This document shows, in pieces, positions 52,741-64,000 of a stretch of 64,000 bases of DNA. A program made the position numbers and the translations under genes. Numbering within the stretch: position 1 is the stretch's first letter; the number at the start of each line of letters is the position of its first letter. The notes under the pieces were generated by a model. It was given only the letters and a program-made list of their open reading frames with translations. It had not been told where the DNA came from and did no database searches. The DNA comes from Eledone cirrhosa (Eukaryota): assembly GCA_964016885.1 (NCBI GenBank), contig OZ024742.1:77314001-77378000 (forward strand). The letters are read 5' to 3'.

Positions 52741-55700
52741 GTTGGCGACTAAATTGGTAACTTCACCAAGGTTTCTTGGCGAGGAGGGTGACTTTGGACA
52801 TCCTGCAGGACTAAAAGCAAAACCTGTCAAATTTCAAAGGAGTTCTTAAGAGTCAATGGCCATCCAAAATCACCGGCAGAGATGACCCATTAGCCTTTGT
52901 CAAGGCAGAATTCTAGGAGAAGGAAAACTCTGATATAACACCTGCAACTCTGATGATATCCAATGATGTTGACTTGTTCTTCTTTTTGGTAAATATCATA
53001 TTGGTTAAGAGAGTGGGACTGGCTCTGTGCAGTGCCTTTGCTCACTATAAAAGCTTCACGACACAGGTATTGCTTTATATCTGGAGATCTCTCTGCACTT
53101 GTCATCATGATGTGGAACTCTGGCTGGCCGTAGCCTAAAAAGGCAAACTACATTACAATGAAGTTACCTAACACAATTGAAGTAAATGGCAATGATGGCT
53201 CTGTCTCAGCATCATGTGAAAGGGTCTGGCCGGGCAGGTGTCCCAGGGCACCGCAGTCTGGGCCCGGTCGTCATCAGTGTACTGTGTTCAAACCACTCAA
53301 TTTTTGGCGCTGGAATGTGCGTACTTTGCTTGATATTGAAACAAATGTACAGCGACCTGAAAGAAGATCGGTATTGGTTGCCAAGGAGCTCAGGCATTAT
53401 GATATGGATGTTGTGGCCCTCTCATAAACTCGACTTCATGGTGAGGGTCATTTCACCGAGAAATCCGGAGGATATACGTTTTTCTAGAGGGAAGGAAGGT
53501 GGAAAGGAGGGAAGCTGGTGTCATTTTTACCATAAAAACAGTTATAACAGACCATCTTCAGGAGCTGCAGAGAGGCGTTAGTGACAGACTAATCACTGTG
53601 AGAGTCTCTAGGGGGAGGAGGATATGCAACCGTGATTTGTGCTTATGCACCAATTATGGAATGCATTGATGAAGCAAAGTAAGCTTTTTATGACGAATTA
53701 AAGTCTCTTGTTTGTAAAGTGTCAGCAGCATACAAAACTTTCATTGTTGGAGATTTTAATGCTTTCTTGGGCCGTGATTGTGAGACCTGGAAGCCTCTGG
53801 GCAAGCATGGGGTCGGAAAGTGCAACGGCAATGGACTCTTGGTATTGCAAATGTGCACTGAGCTGGACTTGTTCATTGGCAGCACTATGTTCCAACAGAA
53901 GGACAAATACAAGACGACATGGATGCATCCTGGATCGAAACAGTGGCACCTGTTTGATTATGTCCTTGTGAGGCGGCGGGATGTACAGGATCTGTGCAGT
54001 GTTCGTGTGATGCGTGGGGCAGTGTGTTGGACCGACCATCGTCTGGTGAGAGCAAGAGCAACATGTGTAGTTCGTAAAAGGGATAAATGGCGAGGGGTAT
54101 CACTTCCGAAACGACTGAACGTTGCCGTCTGAAGGATCCTGAAGTCAGAGAAAATCTGGTTAAAAAGGTGGATGCGTTAGAGTGCGGAAATGACTGGACT
54201 TCATTTAAGGAGGCAGTTTATGGGGCATGTGCTGATATTATTGGATTCAGAGGATAAGAAGATTCAGGATTGGTTTGACCAAAATGACAAACTTATAGAC
54301 AAGCTTTTGGAGGAGAGACATATGCTCCACTCCGCATTGCTTGGTAGTGATTTAAGCACCGATAGGCAGAAGGAAATCGCTGATAAGCTGAAGCTCGTAA
54401 AAGCTGATGTGCAACGAAAATTGCGTGAAATGAAGAATAAGTGGTGGAATGACAAAGCCGATGAAATACAACTTGCGTCAGATCTGAAGGACGTTAAGGC
54501 AATGTATAATCTTCTTCGTGAAGTGTATGGACCACCTACATCACCAGTTGCGCCTCTTAGAACAAAGGATGGCAATCACCTCCTTAGAGAGCCAATGATA
54601 TCCTGTTGAGATGGCGGGAACACTGACGAGCTTCTCAATAGGGATTCAGAGGTTGACGAAGAGTTTATCAGGTCCATACCTGATAAGCCAGTAAAGGAAA
54701 TTCTTGTTGAGCTTCCAATGATCAGGAAACTCAATGGTGGGCAGTCGCCTAGATTTGAAGGGCTGTATGCTGAGATCTTGAGCACGGTGGAGAGAATCTC
54801 TTGCACCGACTTCATTCTTTGCTTCTGGATGCCTGGAACAACAATCATGTTCCCGATGACTGGAAGGATACTGTGATGGTTGTTTTGTACAAGGGAAAGG
54901 GAGACAGGGATAACTTCGGAAAGTATCGTAGGATATCACTGTTGTCTGTTGTTGGCAAAGTTCTCTGTAGAATTCTGTTGGACCGTTTATTGCTCCACAT
55001 TGTTAATGAAGCTCTACCAGAGTCGCAATAGGGCTTTCGGGCTGGGCGTGGCACTGTGGACATGATCCTTACAGCCAGACAACTGCAGGAAAACTGTGTT
55101 GAGCAGAATGTGGATCTCTAGCAGGTGTTTGTTGATCTGAGAAAGGCGTTTGACACGGTGTTTATGGGAAGTTGGGGTGCCCTGAGAGGTTTGTTTCCAT
55201 TTTGCGTTTCTTTCATGATGACACGAAGGCATGGGTAAATGTTGGTGGAATGCTCTCTGAGCCGGTGACGGTCGAGAATGGAGTCAAACAGAGTGACTTC
55301 CAGCTCCAGCGCTCGCTGCTTTGTACTTCTCCATTGTCTTCGAAAAGGCCTTTGGGAAGTGAAATCATGGTATATATGTTCGCTATCGATCAACTGGAAA
55401 GCTGTTTAATATCAGGAGGTTCAATGCTAAGTCAAAGGTTCACTTGTCACTAATCAAGGATTTGCTTTATGCAGATGACTGTGACCTGGTAGCGCACACG
55501 GAGATGGATGTGTAGCTCATGGATGCATTTTCTAATGCGTGTACTGCATGGGATTTACCATAAGCCTGTAAAAGACAGTAGACACGTATCAACCAGCCTC
55601 TGGGAAGCCATGTTGTGAGCCCAACATCTTGGTTTATGGTGAAAGGCTATGTGTCGTTGGCAGTTTTGTATAACTTGGAAGCACTATGAGTATGTCGTGC

Positions 55701-56710
55701 GATCTTGATGGGGAAATATCAAACAAGATACAGAAAGCCAGTGATGCTTTTGGAAAACTGAACAAGTGTTTCTGGTCTCAACACCGAATTTCGGTAAAGA
55801 CAAAGTTCAAAGTGTACCATGCGTGTGTGCTCGCGGCACTTCTTTAAGCTTGTGAGACGTGTCTGCTCTACCGTAGACAGATGAAGCGACTTGAGAGGTT
55901 CCACCAGTACTGCTTACGTCGGATCCTCGGCATAACTTGGCAAATATTTGTCAGTGATTCGAGGTTCTGGACAGAAGTGGCTGTGATAGTGTCGCGTCCT
56001 TCATTTTGAAACATTAGCTTCGCTGGACAGGCCATCTTGTAATGATGAATGACAAGCGAATGCCGAAGCAGCTGCTTTATGGCGAGCTCCAAATGGTAAA
56101 AAGGAAGGCGAGCAAAGCCAAGATGCGTTTTAAGGACTGCATCAAGAGCGCTCAAGAAAAGTAACATCTCTTGTGAGCACTGGGAAGCATGCGCTAGCGA
56201 CCGATCGCATTGGAGGAAAGCTGTGGCTAGTGGCAAGAGTCTATTTGAGGAAATAAGAAGGCACGCGACAATACAAAGAGATGTCCGGAAATGAATCCCT
56301 TGGCCGACCCTAAGGCACTGACAGACGGCCTGACCTGACATTTGAGACCTGTAATAGGGTTTTTCTGAGCATAGCAGGTCTAAAGATACACTGGAGAGTG
56401 CACAAGAACAGGAAATCAGGCATATGTAGAGCTATAGGTGTTCATCAGACGACGACATGTAATGTTTGTGGAAGGGTGTGCAGCTCGAGTAGTGATCTCA
56501 CAGGACACCTTGGGTCACATAGTACCATGGGCCCAGCAATAGGTGTCAATAATTGTCACAAGTGTAGTGTTTGTACCACATTTTTCAAGTCGCTGGCTGG
56601 ACTAAAAAGCCACACTCGTTCAGCGCATTGGTAGCTGTTCTCCTGCATGGATATAAAATAGTGGCCCTACTCGAAAACGAGTTGGCAGCCACCATGTATG
56701 TATGTATGTA
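52741..56710 (+). mobile_element. Near full-length RTE-BovB-like LINE, pseudogenised (APE endonuclease, RT, C2H2 fingers)
   Basis: WNVRTLLD..RPERR, GDFNA, TWMHPGSKQWHLFDY, TDHRLV, YRRISLLSVVGK, YADD (tatgcagatgac); (TATG)n tail; many stops and frameshifts. Confidence 0.9.
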
Positions 56711-56735
56711 TGTATATATGTATGTATGTATATAC

Positions 56736-56825
<90 letters not shown>

Positions 56826-56832
<7 letters not shown>

Positions 56833-57205
56833 TTAGAAGATAATGAATAAAACAATGAAACAGTTCCTTATATTAAACAAAAAAAGTTCATTATTTAACG
56901 ATCGTTTCTAGGACATATATGTGTTAGAATTGGCATGCATACTCAACAGATCTATGTACAAAATTATACAAAATTATACAAATTATCAAATAGAATATAC
57001 ATACCAACACATACATATGCCGTCTTCAGAAATAATATTTCATTGTTTTATTCATTATTTTTTTAATATTTTATCTTGACTCTGTATTCCGTTTATCTTT
57101 CACCGAAGGTGATTTTTGAATGCATCTCTTCTTTCCATGATATCCGGATTACATTGAGTTCTTCATACGGATTGGACACTACCGTAAACTTTTGGTAGAT
57201 TTATC

Positions 57206-57210
<5 letters not shown>
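56826..57210. mobile_element. Family B copy with an HHR at 56890-57036 (-)
   Basis: Reverse complement: attattt-CTGAAGA-cggcatatg..catatatgtcc-ta-GAAA-cgatcg-TT-aaataat. Confidence 0.7.
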
Positions 57211-57240
<30 letters not shown>

Positions 57241-57246
<6 letters not shown>

Positions 57247-58886
57247 ATGGCGTGATGCGTGGTTGCAAATGGTTTACATATGAATAAAATTAGTCCTTCA
57301 TCAGTGATCTTTCAACCTTAATTGGTATTTCTTCGTTTTAAAGATCATATACATATGGTTGGTGCGAGCAATAACTAAATAAAGTTATTGAGACACGTAA
57401 AATAATGTGAAACGAGCGAGACATGGCTATACCTCTGCTTGGTGCGAGCAATAACTAAAAAAAGTTATTGGGACACGGAAATCAGGGTGAAGCGAGCGAG
57501 ACATGTAAACAAACATAGATGGTAATGCAACGGAAAGAGAGGAATAGAAGAAACAAGTCCGTAATATCTATGAACTTAAATTTCTGTGAAATCATAGACG
57601 AGAGATACAGATCATCCGACCTGGGTGAGATGTGAGCGAGAAAAGGATTTCACGCTGGTCAAACGGGAGGAAGGGAGAGAGGGTAGAGGCAGAGAGTGAG
57701 TGAGTGAAAGTGAGGGAAGAGGCCAGCTGAGAGAGAGACTGGCAGAGTGGGTAAAAAGAGGGTGAGAGATACAGAGAAAGGGAAAGCAGTAAGAAAGAAA
57801 CAGACAGGTCACAGCGGAGCAAACAATATAAATATATGAAAATGGCGTGCTGCGTGGTTGTAAATGTGTTACATATGAATAGAATTAGTCCTTCATTGGT
57901 ATTTCTTCGCTTTAAAGATCATATACATCTGGTTGGTGCGAGCAATAACTAAAGAAAGTTATTGGGACACGTAAAATAGTGTGAAACGAGCGAGACATGT
58001 AAACAAACATAGATGGTAATGCAACGGAAAGAGAGGAAGGGAAGAAACAAGTCCGTGATATCTATGAACTTAAATTCTATGAATTAATAGACAAGAGATA
58101 AAAGCCATCCGACCTGGGTGAGATGTGAGCAAGAAAAGGATTTCACCAGGTCAAACCGGAGGAAGTGAGAGTGAATGAGTGTGAGGAAGTGAGAGTGAGT
58201 GAGTGAAAGTGTGAGGAAGAGGCCAGCTGAGAGAGAGACTGGCGGCAGAGGAGTTAAAAAGAGGGTGAGAGATACAGAGAAAGGGGAAGCATTAAGAAAG
58301 AAACAGACAGGTCACAGCGGAGGAAAGAATATAAATATAGGAAAATGGCGTGCTGCGCGGTTGCGAATGGGTTACATATAAATAAAATTAGTTCGCAGGA
58401 CGCCATTTTCATAAATTTATATTTTTTCCTCCGCTGTGACCTGTCTGTTTCTTTCTTACTGCTTCCCCTTTCTCTGTATCTCTCAACCTATTTTTACCTC
58501 CTCTGCCAGTCTCTCTCTCTCAGCTGGTCTCTTCCGCACACTTTCACTCACTCGCTCTCTGCGACTCCCCCCTCTCACTTCCTCCGGTTTGCCGTGCGTG
58601 AAATCCTTTTCTCGCTAACATGTCACCCAGGTCGGATGGTCTTCATCTCTTGTCTATGATTTCACAGAACTTAAGTTCATAGATATCACGGACGTGTCTC
58701 TTCTCGTCCTCTCTTTCCGTTGCATTACCATCTATGTTTGTTTACATGTCTCGCTCGCTTCCCCCTATTTTACGTGTCCCAATAACTTTATTTAGTTATT
58801 GCTCGCACCAAGCAGAGATATATGATCTTTAAAGCAAAGAAATACCAATGAAGGTTGGAAGATCACTGATGAAGGACTAATTTTAT
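57241..58886. repeat. Unclassified element: two tandem ~500-600-nt units plus an inverted arm, in (TA)n
   Basis: Units start at about 57243, 57838 and 58342 (gaaaatggcgtg); inverted copy 58395-58886. Confidence 0.75.
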
Positions 58887-58887
58887 G

Positions 58888-58992
<105 letters not shown>

Positions 58993-59085
58993 AAATGAAG
59001 TAATTCCGTCGGAAAGGTCTAGGAAAATGTTTTGCTTTAAGAAACCACTGGTAAATGAAATAATTGCCTTATGTAGTTTATTACA

Positions 59086-59124
<39 letters not shown>

Positions 59125-59205
59125 TAAGATAAGCAGAACAAGTAAAATTCAATCAATTTTTTAAAATACATTAAAAATTATAATATAAATATTTACCTCT
59201 CCTAG

Positions 59206-59290
59206 TGGCCCTTACTGATCAGTTTCGCTTTGTAAAACCTCATAAATCCGATGGATTTATGATGGAAAACCAAAGCTCATCAGAGAAGCA
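59206..59290 (-). ncRNA. Type-I hammerhead ribozyme
   Basis: Reverse complement: gcttct-CTGATGA-gctttg..caaagc-GAAA-ctgatcag-TA-agggc; palindromic helix III, long helix II hairpin. Confidence 0.8.
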
Positions 59291-59690
59291 TTTTCCCTTC
59301 CTAGGGCTAAACGTCCCAGGAACGACAAAATATATAACCTCCTGCCAGCTAATAAAGGTCTGAAAGGTCGTAAAAGTGACCCGTATGTAAACTGGACCGA
59401 AGTAAAAGCGGGAAAATCAAAGACTTGCTGTCTACAATTACTACTAAAAAAATAGCAGCTAAATAGAGCAACAGGATTGTTCTGAACGGACGGAGAAAAA
59501 GATTGAAGTTAATATGTCCAGGGATACTAGGTACCCCCAGAAATACATAGGTTGTCTATGATTCAAGGTTGTTCAATGGTATTAATTTGATACACCAGAA
59601 CTTTAATATTAAGATAAGCAGAACAAGTAAAATTCAATAAATTTTTTAAAATACATTAAAAAATATAATATAAATATTTACTTCTCCTAG

Positions 59691-59775
59691 TGGCCCTTAC
59701 TGATCAGTTTCGCTTTGTAAAACCTCATAAATCCGATGGATTTATGATGGAAAACCAAAGCTCATCAGAGAAGCA
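59691..59775 (-). ncRNA. Type-I hammerhead ribozyme (second copy)
   Basis: Identical to 59206-59290. Confidence 0.8.
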
Positions 59776-60374
59776 TTTTCCCTTCCTAGGGCTAAACGTC
59801 CCAGGAACGACAAAATATATAACCTCCTGCCAGCTAATAAAGGTCTGAAAGGTCGTAAAAGTGACCCGTATGTAAACTGGACCGAAGTAAAAGCAGATAT
59901 AAGAAAATAGTCAGGACCCCAACGGCTGAGCTCGGCCATTTCGAGATGTAGATCCGACTAAGCCAGCAGTATGGTCCACCTGGTATGTTACCACACCTTT
60001 TTCTTATATCTAGTAAGTTCTTTGTTAAGTTCAGTGGGGAGATTTGTTTAAGATTTCTGGTTAACTTTGCTGGAGAACTTTCTTGCATTCGTCGGTTCGC
60101 GATAGTCAACCTGATCTCAGGTTGTGTTGCGATGAGTGACTCTACATATAAGAGATTTGGATGTGTCTGGTGGGGATGTTAATGAGTGGGGTGGGTGAAG
60201 GAATGTCGATGAAGATTTAAAGGAATTAAAGCATCTATATGCAGATAATAGTGAATGGTAAGAGAAAGGTAATTGATTAGGAGTGGAGTTGGGAGGTGTT
60301 GGGTGTTTGAGGAGTGTTTTAGAAAGGTGTTGTAAAGTTGCCCTCCTGCTGGTTCTAATTCCGCAGGATGTCAG

Positions 60375-60560
60375 TCTGTTCCCTGCAAGACCAGAGAATA
60401 TGAGCTACAGAAGATCGGGCTCCTAGGAACAGCACACATTCTCAGACGAGTTCTCTCTCTACAATGAAAATATATCTTGTCCTTGGTTCAAGACCTGAAC
60501 CCGGCTATAGAGAAACAGAACTGAACTAAACGAAACTTCACAAGGATATTAATAATAAAA
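60375..60560 (+). mobile_element. R4/Dong-like non-LTR 3' fragment
   Basis: Translates to ELQKIGLLGTAHILRRVL, resembling the LQK..LLGTA.ILR C-terminal motif; ends in attaataataa. Confidence 0.55.
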
Positions 60561-61136
60561 CTGCTACAGGAGTAGTATAGGGATACTGGCAAGCCAACTG
60601 GAATGCTAGATTAAGAACCACGTTAGGTCTAATAAGTTAACTCAACTAACTTGCAATGCTAGCAAATGCATTACATATATTAATCTAATCCGATGAAGAT
60701 ATTTGTATAATCACATTCTAAATAATTTCCATCTACATGTACAAAACCAACATTATGATATTTGACATGTGTATTTCAAAGATTCCTGACCTATAGAAAT
60801 AATCAAAACTAACCAGCTGAACGCCATCCTAAAAATTATTTCAGGGAATTTATCTGCACTAATTAAATTCAAACATTCTAGAATGAAACATGAATTCTGA
60901 GGCGTCTATCTGAGACAAATAACTCTGAAGCTGTGTCACAAACAGTACAATGAACAACATTCGAAAACTTAAGACTATTTATATTATATTAATATTTCCA
61001 CTTAGTATGATGTCCTCATCCTGGGTTACAATATTTAACGGTGAGTAGTCAATCACTTTGACGCCAATATTTATAATGTCGATCTTTACTTGTCGACACG
61101 CTAGAAACCAAAAATTAGAAATCATCGTTGTTTTAC

Positions 61137-61137
61137 T

Positions 61138-61210
<73 letters not shown>
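61137..61210. repeat. (GTA)n microsatellite
   Basis: Direct reading. Confidence 0.95.
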
Positions 61211-62924
61211 ATTTCTTTGATATTTCTACTATATAGTATATACCACTATCATAGATAGGAAAATCTCTGCACAAGTTTTGAAACCGATGGGAGAATGATT
61301 CTCTCAGTCGCTCAAGATAGAGGATGATACAGAAAGAGACCATCAATGGGTGTATTATTGTCTTTACAGTGATAATAACGGCAAATGTAAGGAACATTCA
61401 TTACTGGCTTTTAGAAAGAGATACTGGCCTTACTGTGTGAACATAATGGACGACAATGTTGTTGGTGGTTAGTGTAACCCATCAAGTTTTCATGCATCAT
61501 GTTGTCGATTCAAATGTCCAAAAGTAAGTTGCGTGTGCAGCATTGTCGATTAGTTTGTTAGGTTAATATGATGATCTCAGAATACATGAACAGCGGTTAA
61601 GAAAAAATATGTGGGGCAGCCCACTGTGTGACATCTTAAGCAAGTCATTTTATCCGACCAAGCACTGTAAAGGAAATTAAGTAAAGTTGAGTATGGCGAA
61701 CTATATCACCCGGGTACTATTTCTGAATGGAAAAGTTAGGATAGTAACTCACTGTGATTCAGAATTGCATTTACTTTAGTTCTTTACATTACTGTGATGT
61801 TCTGTTGACTCTTATTCGGGTTACAGAATTTCCCGTATTAACTTTGCTATCGAATTTATTATATTTTCCTGTATTAAATAGGGATGTTTTTTTTTTGTAC
61901 CGAGTAAAGGTGTGTATTTGTCGTTCTAATAATAGTTGTGTTTGGGACCATATTCACTACAGAACAGTAACCTTTTTTGTCTTACATTTCGTTTTCTTTA
62001 ATGCTATTTGAAAATACTTGATTTCTAATTATGTCCCAATGTCCTTGCATGTGTAAAGGCAGTTTGCGTTGCCCTTGAGTTTAATATCAAAGTGTTTCCT
62101 CTATCGGATTCTTAGTTTGAGCTTGCATCACCCAAAATATTTTAGTTCTTCAATTATTATGACTACATATATAGTATACGTACATTTAAATCAGTGCATT
62201 ATGATATCTACTTTGACTGAGTCAACTAATTAAATAGAATATTATATGTGGGATTGTGCAATAGAAATATGTTTGAAATATGAACTGGGCTGCCAGATTA
62301 AAGATGAGATTCAAAAATCTAATTGGGAGGAGTAGAAAGCATTGTCGGCAAAAATGGTAAAGTATTTCAGAGGTCTTTCTTCAGATATTGTGTATAAGTC
62401 TGTAAATGTCCACTGAGATCTTGAGTGTGTATAGGTTGTGGAAAATACCAAAGTAAACCTTGGAGTCCATAAGAGTATATAGAACAGTGTGTGTGTATCT
62501 CTGATAGGACAGTAGACACATGCTTTCGTTTGAAAACTTAGAAGAGATCGATATCATTAGTCAGCAACTGAAAGAGGATGATCACATGCAAAGTATGGTC
62601 TACGGTTATTGTCATGTTTAATAGAATAATACTAATATCGGCTATGTCTTACATATTGGCTTCGTAGTTAACATAATTAGTTACAGAGATATCGCATAAG
62701 TATTTGGCTATCTGGAGATTATCCTGCTAACGTTGCTTAACAGCACTCTATTTAAACATGTTTTGTACAACCTTTCAGAGCTACGAAATAACTCATTGGG
62801 TTGTTCGAATAGAAATAGCAGCCAACACCCGCTAGAGTCATAAAAATGCAATGAACAGCTACCCGTAAGCACCCAGAAGAGTAAGATATATTTATATATG
62901 TATATACATATATATATATAGTGA

Positions 62925-63100
62925 AGGCATGTGGTTTGCGATTAGAACGTGTTCACAATCGTGAGAATTTGAGTACGATTCCCGGATCGGAAATTTTGTT
63001 GTGACCTTATGCAAAACACGTTATTTCATTTTACTCCACTTAACTCATCTGGAGAAATGAATTGGGGATTCACTGGTGTTAGACTGACTTTTCTTTGAAC
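62925..63100 (+). mobile_element. Degenerate SINE S2-like copy
   Basis: Partial similarity to 47884-48070. Confidence 0.45.
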
Positions 63101-63215
63101 AACATCGGTTGAGTGGAGAGGGGAGATTTACATGTATGTTAGACGGCTCGTCTTCTATAAAAAAACACTTTGCTTGGACGTGTGCCTGAGAGGGAAATGT
63201 CTATGTACACATAGA

Positions 63216-63270
<55 letters not shown>

Positions 63271-63332
63271 TATATATATGTCTGTGTGCGTGTGTGCATG
63301 TGTGTGTGTGGGTGGGTGTATGTGTGTGTGTG

Positions 63333-63389
<57 letters not shown>

Positions 63390-63884
63390 TGTGTGTGTGT
63401 GTGTGTGTGTGTGGGTATGTGTGTGTGTGTGTGTGTGTGTGCGTGCGTGCGCGTGCGTAACCATTCCACATATTTCCATTTTTTCCATTTGAATTGAGTG
63501 ATAGTGATATATATAATATTTTATTAATTTTCGAATCAATTGGTTTCTCATCGGAAGACATCTACGTCATATGTCAATTACACAACCACATGGAAATTCG
63601 CAAGCGATGAGCTTTCATACCATACCACCTACATTAGTATCCTAATTGGATGTACTAATTTGCATTTTATTGTCATACAAGTTGGTAGTTAATTTTGATA
63701 TATATCAAGTTATGTGACTACAAGTCTCTCGGTTGCGTATGTTCTAGTGCTTTGTTTAGATAAAACATATATATTCAGATAAGATGCTAACAAGCGTCGA
63801 AGATTGGATCAAAATACTCATTTTCTTTTCAACTTAGAATTTTGTGTATATTTGGTATTATTATATGTCTATATAATAATAAGC

Positions 63885-64000
63885 CTTTACGATCTGAGTT
63901 CAAATGCCGCAAGAGTTAACTTTGACTTTCATCCATACGGGGTCGATAAAATAAAGTACCAGTAATGCACTGGATAATTGCTGGCCTTGTGCCAACAGTA
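63885..64000 (+). mobile_element. 5'-truncated SINE S1 (window edge)
   Basis: gatctgagttcaaat...ggggtcgataaaataaagtaccag. Confidence 0.8.

Larger units (their letters stand above)
59120..59896 (-). mobile_element. Tandem pLTR-like direct repeat (~290 bp, 485-nt period) with two HHRs
   Basis: 59122-59409 matches 59607-59894. Confidence 0.75.

Overview
AT-rich eukaryotic DNA, dense in microsatellites, with no recognisable host gene. The SINE family and (TA)n density suggest a cephalopod (octopus-like) genome; this is an inference. The window is a mosaic of retroelement remains: Penelope-like elements (PLEs) with GIY-YIG fragments and inverted pseudo-LTRs inserted in (TA)n, RTE/BovB, CR1-group, Tx1-like and R4/Dong-like LINE pieces, and tRNA-derived SINEs. 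The main signal is hammerhead ribozyme (HHR) motifs. (1) 15617-19485 is a tandem array of a 470-nt unit, each carrying an intact minimal type-I HHR, with a PLE-style inverted left arm; it looks like a retrozyme. (2) More than a dozen further complete, mutated or half HHRs from several unrelated families sit in PLE termini. (3) Several short palindromic insertions appear to be HHR-bearing termini folded back within ribozyme helix II. Nearly all ORF-track entries outside the transposon fragments are microsatellite artefacts. All structures were paired by eye, not computed.
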